A DNA stretch of 64,000 bases from Cystobasidiomycetes sp. EMM_F5 (lineage: Eukaryota), in contig JBPGPT010000023.1 of assembly GCA_051047955.1 (NCBI GenBank), forward strand, positions 1-64,000, given 5' to 3'. Under the pieces are notes generated by a model that was not told the origin of the DNA, searched no databases, and saw nothing but the letters and a program-made list of their open reading frames with translations. Of the stretch, positions 22,843-34,941 are shown in pieces. A program made the translations under genes and the position numbers. The first letter of the stretch is position 1. Every line of letters begins with the position of its first letter.

Positions 22843-24962
22843 TTAGGTACAATCGGCCAATGAGGAAAACAGCACCTTGTCGCCAACAGGTGTTGCCAGC
22901 AGTCTGAATAGCGGGCGTCATCAGCCTTGCCTAATGCTCGGTCGTGAGCTGGAATAACCTACTCTACAAAGTCGGGACGGCAGAACAGAAGCGAAGGCCG
23001 CGCTTGAAGATCATGCCCGCTGACTCCGTCAGTATCCGATGATCCACCGAACCAAGCTATTCCTTCCTGTGAACCCGTCCCTGTGTTCTGATGCCCGCCT
23101 ACTTCGTCTTCGCTGAGAACTCTCAACACTTCTATACATCGCAGACATAGGATTGCATACTGATTGCCGTTAGGGTGCTGGTTTGATTGATTCGGGAAAT
23201 GCACAGCGTACAGCTTGCGAATGACTTTGGCTAGCGTACGCGTGATGGGTGATGTGTCTCGGAGTCGCTTTCTGGTTTCGGATCCAGCCATATAAATGAG
23301 ATTGAAGAGGCTCATCGCCACCAGCTCCGTACGGAGCAGTGCAGACTCTTGCGTGAGGAGATGAAAGTCAAGGTCAACAACCGGCAGATGCTGCACTAGC
23401 AGGGGGAATTTTTCTCGTATGATACTGGCAGCAAGAGGATGCTTAGATATTGCATCGCGATTTGCATCTGTTAGAGCCACCCTCGATAAGACTAGTAAGG
23501 CTGCATCAAGACCCGCGCCGACTCCGTAAGATGGCCCGCCTCTTTCTGGAGGGAAAGGCACCACGTCTGGACGGTTCCACTCCAGAAATTCGTCGACCAG
23601 CTCAAGGATTGCTCGCGTGGCCCAGGCTGGGTGATGATCAAGCTGTATAGCTGGACCGAAATTACCAATCATTTGCAGGATGTCCTTCTGACATTGCAGC
23701 AATTGGGTGGGGCCGAGCTGGACTTCATTCTCCGCGTGTGGAATAGTATTTGGCCTCTGATGCTCGTGCTCAAGGAGTAAGAGGCTGGATTCGATGACTC
23801 TAGCATCTCTTGCAAGCATTGTGTGTGAACCAGGATCGTAGGAGAGGTTGCGGAGAATTCCGAGACATGTCATTGCGAGGGTAGTGCGGGGCAAGCCCGC
23901 AAAGTATGACGAATGAGGGCGGTAATGCTCCTTATCGTGGGTCTCAAGGCCAAATTCATCGTCCAGCATGCTCTCACACGCTTGGCGGTAGCTTCTTTTC
24001 TTGGGTATGCTAGACCCTATGCTTGCGCCCAATTTTGAAGTACTTTTGGACAGCATGGGTGCTTGCATACTCTTGCTGAAGTTCTCGACAGCATTGGCTG
24101 GGCGTTTCTCCCCGGCGCGTGCGCTAGTATCATCGTCATGTTCTGCCTCGCTGTCGACGTCGGAATCTTCTGATTGACCGCGGACCACAGCTCGGAACAA
24201 ATCGAGCAGCTCTTCTAGAAGCTCACGATGAGACAAGAGACTGTATTTTGCGCCTTCGGGAGCCGTCGAGATGAGAGCGATTGCGTTAAGGGCATATGAG
24301 ACTTCTGCCGCGAGCCTTGAGCGAATGCACATCTTGAGTACGCGCGCATCGACATGGCCTGCTCACGTCGCCGCGAAGAATTCAGAGCAATCAGTACACC
24401 TTCTCCGCAAGGGCTCTGCTTGTATTGGCAGGTACGAGTGCATCTCGATGAAGATCGGGCTTTTTCGGCAACGCGAGATTCCGGGACAAGGAGTGAAAAT
24501 ACTCACCCAAATCAGCGACGGACCTCTGGCTTCGTCTAGATAGAGCACTCGCGACAGTATCTTCTATCTGGACCGGATCCCAGACTCCTGGATTGACGTG
24601 CCCCGGCCGGCTGACTGGCACATACTCGATCCGCTGCCTCTTGAGCACCCGCGTCGGGGCGGGCGGTCCTGCTGCTGGAAACGGGGCTGGAGGCTCAGCG
24701 ATGTGGTAATTTACAACGAAGACTCGTGGTCGCAGTATCGCACGCTGGACTCACGTCTAGCAGCCCCGGCGACTAAGCGTCCTTCGTCCTCTCGCCCCTC
24801 CTGCTTGGTCGGTCTCTGGCTTTCGGCTCGCGTAGCGCCATTGGCCTGGGTCGTTTGCAAGGACCGCTTGGCCGACGCACCAGCCTGGGCTCCGTCATGA
24901 GCTCTAGCATCCGTCCAGCCGTTCATATGCGTACCATGGGTGAGAAGGAGAATGCAGCCCAT
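22843..24962 (-). CDS. SWI1/ARID1 C-terminal (BAF250_C-like) domain protein; no ARID domain seen
   Basis: RQRIEYVPVSR..ADLG|HVDARVLKMCIRSRLAAEVSYALNAIALIS..LGILRNLS..ALLVLSRVALTDANR..LVQHLP. The last exon LLATPVGDKVLFSSLADCT ends at 22843. The start codon is uncertain. Confidence 0.7.
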
Positions 24963-26173
24963 GCCGCTTGAACGACCTCGAGCCAGGTCTGAAACAATAA
25001 AACCTCACACGAAATACCCAACGACCAACGCTCGACCAATATATGGGCCGTCGCATTACTACACATGCACCACGACAATAATACGTTATCGCTCGGCCGG
25101 TCTGTCTGGCTCTTCCGATCCTGATTCTTCAACAACACCGTCTGATATCTCACAAGGTTGGCGATGTGCGAAACTCAACTAGCGGAAAGAGACAAAGGTA
25201 GATTTTGGGCGACTTAATCGCCAACTGTAGTAGCATAGGAAGCTTTCCTAGACCTTTACTGCAATTCCTGCCGCCTTAGCGTTGTTTATCATTCAGCAAG
25301 CTCAACTCGAAGCTACAATAGGAGAACGGCGTTCTTGATAAGAAGCTCAAGAGCTTGCGAAACAGGGTACAGTATGCTCTGCTGGGCTGCATCGAGTCCT
25401 GCCATGAAGCTGTTCAAATTGTTGTGCCGGTCTCGACGACGCGTGCATGCGAATTGAATGAGCGCCATCCGTGACTCGGTCGCAGGAACTGACAAACTTG
25501 CTGCCAATAATGACACGCTCAATCTTCTCGACACGTTTACAACGTATCTCCGCGTCCTAACTGACATCTAGACCCACTTTGCATCCGCGGATTTGAACAT
25601 GCCAGTCGCGCGTTGGAATGTGGCGCGTCGACGCGATGTTCAAGAGGCACGCAGAGAAAGCAAGCAAGATGTTTTTAGGGCGGGTCGCGGCTGGGCAGTC
25701 TGGCAAACAAGCGCAGGTCGCGTTATTGACGCCCGCCTGCATCTCTCCCCAAGTAAAAATTGAATATAATTCACCGGAACGCGGTCTGTGCTCTTCACGT
25801 TTCATTTCCGGGAAGCCCGACAAAGATAGCCAATCGCCAGGTATGCAAGCAGGAAAATTGAAAAACAAGAGACGCTTCGCTTGCTGATTTGGCATCCCGC
25901 ATAGTACCCGCTCGCTCTCTGCCAGACTCCAACGCTGCTTCAGCACGCTCTCGGGACAGTCGCACACGGCGCGCATAGTCCACGGCTCTCTTCTGCTTCT
26001 GTGCTGGCTCGCAGAATCCGCCAATCACCCTCATTTAATCCACTGGTCTGCGCGACAAACAGCAGAAGCCTCACACTCATTCAGGCTGAAACGCTAGGGA
26101 GCCTTGCAGTCCATTTCCACACCCCTGCCGTCTTATCTCGAGGACCCTGACGCGTCAGCAAGCATCGCCCACA

Positions 26174-28362
26174 ATGACTATTGGTATCGTCAAGCAGACC
26201 TATACAGGTCACTCGCGGGAGAACACGCTTCGCAAGAAGGCGCTCTACTTTGGTGTGGCTGCAGCCCTGGGCTACATCGTTCTCTCATCCGGCCATGGCG
26301 ATAGTCCCGTCGCGTTCGATCAGCAAGAACAACAGCAAGAAGCAGAAAACAGCCGGGTGGGGCCTCTGAGCTCCTCTGTCTCTGAACCAGTCCGACAATG
26401 GTACAAGACGCAAACTGCCGCGTTGTCCCACGCGTGGGGCCGGATAGGATGGAATGCAGAGTGTGGCCTACAATCCCATGCACAGCAAGAACAACAGCAG
26501 CAGGAAGAGCTAGAAGCTGCCGGCCTGATTACGACGCAAAAGGCAGCACCTTCTGGACCTCTTTCTCAATACATGTGCTTGGGCGATGACCTCACTGGTG
26601 GGAGCACTGGCGACGAGGCTGCCTTGTATACCAAACCATTCCGCTTCCATATCTACAGCATGCCAGATCATTTACTTGCAGATGTCTACAACCTCGCAAC
26701 GCCAAAATGGTTCAACACTCAGGATAGCGCGTAGGTTGATTCCTCTGACGCCTGCTGCGCGCATTGGCATGCTGAACGGTCATGTTTTCGCAGCCGTTCG
26801 CAATTCCTTACTGAGCGTCAAATCGTCGATTTTCTGCACCTGCATCCTTGTCACACAACTAACGAGGAGGAAGCCGACGCCTTCATCATTCCCGCGCAAA
26901 CTGTGTCTGCTACATGGCTGAGTCGCGAGACAGATGCGGATGACAAAGAGACCGCCTGGAATGACGAAGGACGACAGTATAGAAAAGATGTGGAAGCGTG
27001 GCTTTCAAAGAAGATTGCCGGACAACGCTTCGGCGGACGGGATCATTATGCTGTGTCCATCCCGTGGTGGGCTCATGAAAGACCATATTCTCGCAATATC
27101 GGCTTGATTGGTCAGCATAGCAAAACATGCCTTGTTCGAATTGATGCTGACTTTCTCCACAATCAGGCGTCGAGGTTCCCACTATGTTCGACAATCAGCA
27201 ATCATTCAATGACGCCCTATACGCTTCTGCGGCCACCGATATCACTATTCCATACCCGGATCCAGACTCTGTCAGATATTACACTGATGAACGCCTCGGT
27301 AACATCACCAAAGACCTGACCGCCGTGTTTGTTGGGCAGATGCCCCAGAACGGACCGTAAGTCGTATCCACAGCCGTGTGTCGTGGTTAAAGCTAATTGA
27401 CAATTACTTCTAGTGTTCGACGCTTCGTTCGTGATCAATTCCATAATTACAATGTTCGCCAAGGGAAGGAACTAGCAGTCTGGTCTGACCTGAAGAACCG
27501 CGACGATATTCGCTCATTAAAGACACTTCTTGCTCGTGCTACATTTGGGTAAGCTTGATAAAGTCACTAGAATCCAGCGTGCATGCAGCCTAATGCTATT
27601 CTTCATGGGCAGCCCCGTCATGCCCGGTGATTCCTACACTTCGAGACGCTTGTTTTCGTTGATTTTTGCCGGCACGATTCCTGTAAGCGTGCTGATTAGC
27701 ATATACTGTGAGACTCACCTAACCTTCGATGGTGCAGCTCATCATTTGCGACCGCTGCATCCTGCCTTACTCTTCGATGATCAACTATAGGAAGTTCGCC
27801 ATCTTCTTGTCAGAAGACCGTTTGATGAATGACCCAACGTACGATCTGTTCGAGGAACTAGAACGGGTCACACCGGAGCAGATTGCATCGTATCAGCATT
27901 ATGGTCGTCTGGTCCAGAGGCACTTCAAGTACGGTGATGCAAATCCTCTTCCAGGTGATGCGATGGACCTGCTTGTAAGCCAATTGAGTGTTTGATCTTT
28001 GTTGGACTTTGACTAACAAGCCCATTCCCGATACACAGGTACGAGAAATGGCTCTTACGCATTACCGCAATCGTGAAACCAAGGACATGATGATTCGTGC
28101 TCAAGGCTCACTAAATGCGCAAGGGCAATTGGCGTACCCTGCACAGCAGTTCATGACGGCAGAAGAGACGCCCGTCGAGCAAGGCAGATCACAACGCGAG
28201 GAAGCACTGTCATCGATACCCTCCGCAATCGATGTCGATAGCGACGAAGACTTGAATGATGTGCCTGCGAAGCCGGAGAAGCCTAGACTGAGGTTCGAAG
28301 GCCGACCGAAAGTTGCAAATCCTCCGCAAAAGGCCGACCGTCCAGTAGCCCGAAGGCGGTAG
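26174..28362 (+). CDS. Exostosin-family glycosyltransferase (GT47), type II membrane protein
   Basis: N-terminal anchor LYFGVAAALGYIVL, FRFHIYSMP, TTNEEEADAFIIP, FGGRDH, PGDSYTSRRLFSLIFAGTIPLII..ILPYSSMINYRKFAIFLSE, GDAMDLLV. Confidence 0.85.
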
Positions 28363-28797
28363 CCAACCGCAATATATTCGACATGCATTAATAGACGACT
28401 CTGTACGCCCTCACGCCCCTTTTGCACACCTAGACGCTATCTTCGCCATTCGCACTATGCAAGCAGTCCCTTCATTGATCACATTTCGCGGTCCATGCGC
28501 TCTCCGGCTTGATGCCATACCTTTCGTTAGAATGTCATTTCTTCTTAGCCGTCCGTGTGTAGTCCTGTCCAGATCAGAAACGCTCCTTTGTACCACAATC
28601 TCAAGCTCTTCTTGAACGTATGACACAGGTTTCAAGACGTGTGAGGCGAGGAGCCGAGTATGGAGAACATTCACGCCCATGATTGACGATTATCAGGCCA
28701 AGTTGTGAAAGCATCCTGACAGCGAACTTTGTCCAGCTATTCAGACGCATGGACGGACGAATTCGGATTTCGATGACCTTTCGCTCGTAAGCAATTA

Positions 28798-29431
28798 CTA
28801 GTTGTTAGTAGAATGCTTGTGACCACACTTGGGACACTGCGCGACGCGGAGAAGCAAGTCCTTAGTCGAAGACATACAGTCTGGCATGACATCTACGTAC
28901 CTCGTAGAAGACGGTGCTGCCTTCATCGGCAGAACGTAGCTGCAGCGTATGAAAGGTCATTGTGGGGCTACAGAAATGTAACATAAGCCAATACGTAGCG
29001 TACGCAATGATGTACCCAATGCAGACTCACTTTCCACATTTAGGGCATGTCTCCCGAATTTCTTGCTTTTTCGCCGATTCTTCTTGGACAGCCTTCTGCA
29101 CAGACTTGACAAGACTCCGGCGGTCTTTCAGTGGAGACGGGAATGCATCAGGATGAGAGCGGGTGACGATTGAGACATTTTCGTATTCTGCACAAGAAGT
29201 GATGAGCGGAATGAGCCCGAAACATCAGCGGACGCAGCCAGTCGCGGAGTCCCTGTTTGGTCGGACTCGGTAACATCGCAACATACGCTTTGCGTCCTCT
29301 GCTTGTCCACACTGTTCGCAGGTTATCGTATCGTCATCGCCAGGGACATCCAGCAAATTTCCGCAGACGGGACAGAAGTTCAGAGACCCTATCCGGTTGG
29401 GCACTGCGTTCAGCGTCTCATTGCTGGCCAT
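28798..29431 (-). CDS. RPA12: RNA polymerase I subunit A12.2, 4 exons
   Basis: IGSLNFCPVCGNLLD..CEQCG, then IRETCPKCG..TFHTLQLRSADEGSTVFYECPKCGHKHSTNN. Confidence 0.97.
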
Positions 29432-29843
29432 ATTGTTGGTTGAAATTCGAAGCTTGCGTGCTATCGATCGTTCTCGTGAAGGTGTTGTAGCTTTCACATC
29501 CTCTTTGGTCTCTGCGACACTCACCAACCCAATGGCCGATTGTTCAAGTTAATACTGCAGTCTGCAGCTCCGACTGGCACTCTGTGAGTCGTCGCCCATA
29601 GCATAGCAGTCCAGACTACCACCTGCCAAATTCAAGCGATGAACAACCACAATATAGAATCTCGTTTATCTGATTTCCAGCCAGCCAACGCGCTGGTGGA
29701 ACATGCAGATGACCCATCCATTTATATCGCATCTGATTGGATTGCTGCTCCCGTACATTCTGCAAACCCAGTAAATATCGAGCTGATTGTGTTTATTCGA
29801 TGGCTCACCGCTTGCAGAGCTGTCAGTGCTGGCTCAAGTCGAC

Positions 29844-30269
29844 ATGAGCCAAGAGCCTCACACACAAGATAGTACATTCGCAAAGGCCTCATTTGAGCAA
29901 TTGGTCAAGGAGGAGATTGCAATCCAGACGACAAATCTTCCCATAAATGGCGGCCTTCCCAGCTGTGTCACTCTCTTCGATAACATGATGCTTTGTTTTG
30001 GTATGACGGGCTCCCGTGATTGCGGAACACATACTCACACCATCTCTGGTCGTACAGCTATTCCGCAACAGGTCAAGTCGCTGTACCGCTACGGAACAGC
30101 TAAAGATTGCTCGGCCAAGTGGGATGACTTCAAGTTCTGCATGTCTAATCGCAATTTGAGCGAGGAGGAGAAGACTGCAGAATGGATAAGGCGACGAGCG
30201 GAACACTGGGCAGAAAGGCGGTCCGGTCCATCGAGCGAGGATCTGTGGACCGCGAAGAAGCTGTACTGA
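29844..30269 (+). CDS. EMI1: Emi1/DUF3128 family protein
   Basis: SCVTLFDNMMLCF|AIPQQVKSLYRYGTAKDCSAKWDDFKFCM..GPSSEDLW; one in-frame intron. Confidence 0.85.
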   Translation: MSQEPHTQDSTFAKASFEQLVKEEIAIQTTNLPINGGLPSCVTLFDNMMLCFGMTGSRDCGTHTHTISGRTAIPQQVKSLYRYGTAKDCSAKWDDFKFCMSNRNLSEEEKTAEWIRRRAEHWAERRSGPSSEDLWTAKKLY

Positions 30270-30454
30270 CGAGCGAGAGGTAGTGTCTTTTCATAGTGTC
30301 AAAGTCGTCAGGTTGCGCAATAGTAGCTGTGTCGTTGTGAATAATCGTAGCCCTAGAGACATTCAGCGCGAAAGACCTGGGTCTATAAATTCCCTCTCTA
30401 CCACCCTGCAACCCCCCAAGCTTGAATATACGCCTGAATGCCGCTGACTTCACG

Positions 30455-33400
30455 ATGGAAGTTCACAAAGCAAGCCTGGTGCAGCTCATTGACGGGCTCG
30501 CTGGGCTAAAGAATCGGAATGGCCGTGTCGTAGGGGACTTGTTCAGAGACTTGCGAGGTGGGCTTATGGGCAAAGCTCGCGGTGATGTAACACTACAGTG
30601 ACAGGCTCACACTCACGTCCGTCATATACAATCCTGCGTAGACCGGTCTGGCGACTTGGCCAAACTTCCAAATAACGCAAGATCCTTGAGCTCGGTCAAG
30701 CAAATGTGAGACCAGGATGGACTGCCTTCTAGGCTCTGGATCGATGTTGATGTGCACCGTACTCAGTCTTCTGCTGGACCGCTACGAATCTCTCAGCCAG
30801 TTCTACACAGACGTATATGTGGTGTTTAAGCAAGTCGAGGAGGTCGTTGGCAAGAGCAGCGTCATCTGGCGAGATGCGACCAAGATGGAGGTCCGTTCAC
30901 AAACTTTCAATGTCCAGAGCCTCCCTCACTGTTTTCACATTTGTAGGCTGCACTGGAAGAAGCATGGGAACACGACAAAACACTGCCACCGCTCGAAACG
31001 ATAGGACTTGATCCGAATTTCAAGTCGAGGATAGATGTAAAACGAGGCGAAGGCACCGAAACACCGTCGAGGACCTCTGAACCGCCGTCTGGGTACCCGT
31101 CGCCCGCGGCTTCGGGCAAACTTGGCAATCTGCAAGCAGCTTCATTCAAGCCCGCTCTCACAGCCGCTTCATCGCTGTTCGATACATCTGCTGTGATATC
31201 TCCCATGCTCGGCAGTATTACAGCTGCGTCTGCGACTCCGGCGCCCTTGAGCATGCCTCTTACTATTTCGACTGGCAGTCTTCCAATGTCACCGCTGGCA
31301 TCAGGCTTGCTGACAGCCAATCCTGCCTCTGCTAATGTAAACAATAAGTACCTCCAGCAACCTTCGACCAATACACTTCATATTCCTGCAGCACCCCTCA
31401 CTTCGCAGAATGAGCCCAACATTGAGCTCCCTATTGTCTTGCCAAGTAGTCTCCTGAGCAAAGAAGGCCGAACTAAGCTCGATTCAATACAGGCGAAGCT
31501 TCTTGCTGACATATATATTCGTTCTACTACGGCAAAGAAGAGGAAGCGTGACGACAGCGCCTCGGAAGACGTTGAAAGCGGTTGGCTTCTCGCAAAGGAG
31601 ACGGGGGCTGAACAGAAGCAATTTTATCTGCAACTCTTGAGCTTTTTGAGGGCGCAAAAGGATCCCTCCACCGGCAGGCAATTGTCAGCATCTATCAATG
31701 CCCTCCCATCGAGAGACAAATTTCCGCAATTTTATCAGTCTGTACGCCTTCGTAATGATATCAAATCCAGCATATTTTTTCGGACTCACGCGATGCCACT
31801 CTCGCAGATAAAGGAGTCCCATCCACCTACCTTGACATCCGTTGAAGTAGGACATTTGTATCGGAGTAGCTTGCAGCCGCTGATGTTTTCCTAATCGGCC
31901 ATGTAGAAACACGTTCGCACAAATTTAGTCCCAGATCCATCGGATTTCGACGCGGAAATGAGCACCATTTTCTCCAATGGCCGGCTCTGGCCATCAGCTG
32001 GCGCAAATAGCTCCGACGGCGAGGCTCTTCCAGGCTTCTTCGGCGACGTTGTGTCGTTACAGGTAAATGATGCTTTGTCGTAGTTTCAAGGTTGTTGACT
32101 CGTTCGCATCAGCGCATATACAACGAGATCACCAAGAATGCTGGTTTCGTGCCAGGCGAGCCTGCAGCAGCGGCCGATATGGCCTCTGTGTCGAACGGTC
32201 CTGGTGTCGCTCCCCTTAACAAATCCGATGTAGGTGGGAGCGCTTCACGATACATCATGGATATGCCCAGCAATCGTCTCAAGATGGAAGAGAAGTCCGT
32301 GCTGCGTTCCATCCATTATAAAGGCGAAGAATATGCTACCGGTGGGTTCGAGGTTGAGTTTTTCAACGCTAGGCTCCTTGCTGATTCTGGCATTAGGAGA
32401 CTTTGTACACTTGTACAATCCAAGCCATCCAAGGTTGCCTATTATAGCTCAAATCTTCCAATGCTATCGGCAGAAATCGTGAGTTCCGCAGGCCGGACAT
32501 GCTCACGTTGCTGACATGCGTGTAGTACGGGCCAGCGCTTCTTCACAGTCAATTGGTATTACAGACCCAGCCAGACGCTACATCTGGCATCAAGAACCTT
32601 TTACGAACAGGAAGTGCTTAAAACGTCCTTATATCTGGATCACAAATTGGAAGACCTAATTGAGCGGGTTTGCGTTATGCCTTTGCGCGATTATGTGAAA
32701 GGCAGGTACGAATACTGGCACGACGAGATGCCGCTTTATGTCGTTGAGCATCGCTACAATTGCGAAAGCGGTACCTTTACCAGGATCAAGAATTGGTGAG
32801 TATTTCCATTATCATGCCTTTTTACGGAACAGAATCTAAGTACATGGTGACTTCTTCCAGGGCGCATTGCGTGCCAGAGGGTACGGTCGATAGCAGCAGT
32901 CTCAGAGCTTTTGTGGAGCTAGTGCCGTCACCGTCACGAATCAAATCTCCGTTCATACGCAATCCCGCAGTAAATGGACCAGGTCGTCTGGCTGATCCGC
33001 TGCAGTCGGAGGATGAGGATCAGGACGAATGCTATACGCAACTGAGCCAATGGAGCGAGAGCGCAGGTCAGGTGACAGGGTATGGACGGTTCATCGCTCA
33101 GAAACAGCTTTCGGAGCCTGTGAGAAAGCAGGAAGAGGAAGATCCTGATATCAAACGCAATCAACGTCAAAAATCTGCAAGTGTCAAAGCGTCCCAACAA
33201 GATGGCAATGCCGAAGGCGGGACTAACTCCCCTCATAACGCTCTCGAGGAGGTGGCTGCCCAAGAGAGCTTCAAGAGATTACCACCTGGCATCAGTAAAT
33301 TGTTCGCTGTCCATACCCTGCCACCATTGACTGACTTTGGCACAGCCCACTTATTCCGCTCAGATACGCGATCAGGTGACGTACTCTGGTTCCCAGCACC

Positions 33401-33488
33401 ACCAATGCATGTTTCTGTATCTCGAAAAGCCAAAACGAGACACTCCCTCGACTATCTCGCGCATAGAGCAACAGAACTGGGGTATTGA
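30455..33488 (+). CDS. RSC1/RSC2/polybromo-like protein (two degenerate bromodomains, BAH domain, C-terminal motif)
   Basis: BAH: YATGDFVHLYNP..PIIAQIF..VNWYYRPSQT..RTFYEQEVLKT..YVVEHRYN..FTRIKNW. C-terminal GDVLWFPAPP..HSLDYL. Confidence 0.85.
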
Positions 33489-33868
33489 TGCATCGACAAC
33501 ATGGAAGTACCGTGTAGACGGTAGTCTGAATCACTTCCACCTCCATTCCTACTGCTATGTGTAAATGGCAAGCGTCCCCCTGGCTTCTTCTGCTTCCCGT
33601 AGATGATACTGCTTGAAGCCTGTTCGTCGAGGATTGTATCCATCTTGTGGCGATTAGACGGTGATGTACGAGCAGCGCGTCTTACTCAGTCAGTACAGGA
33701 GTGATGTTAGCGGTAAGCGTCTCTTCATGGGTTTCTTCATCGTCCGTATGCGAGTGCTCGAGAGACTCTTGATCAGTACATAACAGACCCGTCGGCGTCA
33801 GCTTGCGGTCAGTATCATCATCAGTCCAGCCAGTCGTAGCCCCGTCCAAGCTGCCGTTCCATCATCGC

Positions 33869-34690
33869 ATGTCTGGGCTCTCGGGCTGGCAGCATGATAT
33901 CCTGCTCAAGCTGCAGGCTCGCGACGCCCTCGACGGGTGCCATGCCGCCGTGATTGAAGACTGCAAGTCGCGGCCAGTGGATGCTAGAAACATGGGCGTG
34001 CTGACTTTGCTGAACTCCCCCCGTCTCGCTGACCGTGTGTCCCCATATCGTCGTGCACAGACAGGCGTTTGGCTGCGCAAACTGCAGTGCTCGCACAACG
34101 TAACCGCAGCTTACTGCAAGCCGCAGCATCGGCCAGATCCAATGCAACTAGTACTGGAGCTGTGAATGGCTCGACGCTTAGGTAGGCTAAGGGTGGTTGG
34201 TCTGGCTGGCAAACGTCAATCCTGACTTAGTTCCGTCAACAGCAACCCAGTCCAACAGGCCTATGTAGCTTCTCTCGAAGGGCAACTATCATCCCTGCGC
34301 GACGAGCTATCCGGCCTCTATAAGACGCACGCTCAGAACGCTCAGCGCCTGGTCAATCTGTCCGAACAGCTGCAAGGCAACGCCGACAAGCATGGCCAGG
34401 AGCATGCCGAGCTGGTACAGCTACGCAACGAGCGTACGACAAGGGACAGGGAGCGCGAAGAGATGCACCATCTGCGCAGGGAAAAGGACAAGAATATCGA
34501 GCATCTCCAAGACGAGGTTGCCATGCTCAAGCTCGAATTCGATATGCTAGAACAGCGGAATGCCGCACTGCAGGAGGACAATGCCAGTCTGCTGAGACGC
34601 TGGCTCGAGAAGAAGGCAGAGGAGGCCAGTGCGATGGACAAGATGATCCTGGATGAGCAGAAGAAGAAGAAGGATTCGAAGGAAGGGTGA
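33869..34690 (+). CDS. ATG16: Autophagy protein Atg16 (fungal coiled-coil type)
   Basis: WQHDILLKLQARD (Atg5-binding helix), LRDELSGLYKTHAQNAQRL, LQDEVAMLKLEFDMLEQRNAALQEDNASLLRRWLEKK. Confidence 0.9.
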
Positions 34691-34941
34691 AGTTCTGTCT
34701 ACAGAGTCGTACTCGCGTCTGGGCCCAAACGCAAGTACAAGCAGTCTCAGCAAAAGCGGCTCTAGTCTACCCTGCCATGTTGTCGTAGCCGTAGGATTAC
34801 GTCTAAAACCGTCTACGGTTTTCCTGTACGCAAACAGCCAATATGCGATTGGCCCCATCTGCATATCATGATCCATGTAGATATGACCAAATGACCATCT
34901 GGCACGCCTGACGCTGTGGAAAAGGCTCGAATAGACGTGCG

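Noticed and set aside
33452..33830. Minus-strand acidic ORF with an intron-like signal between the RSC1/2-like gene and ATG16
   Set aside because: No in-frame start for the acidic segment and no recognisable homology; the MDTILDEQ resemblance to Atg16 looks coincidental.
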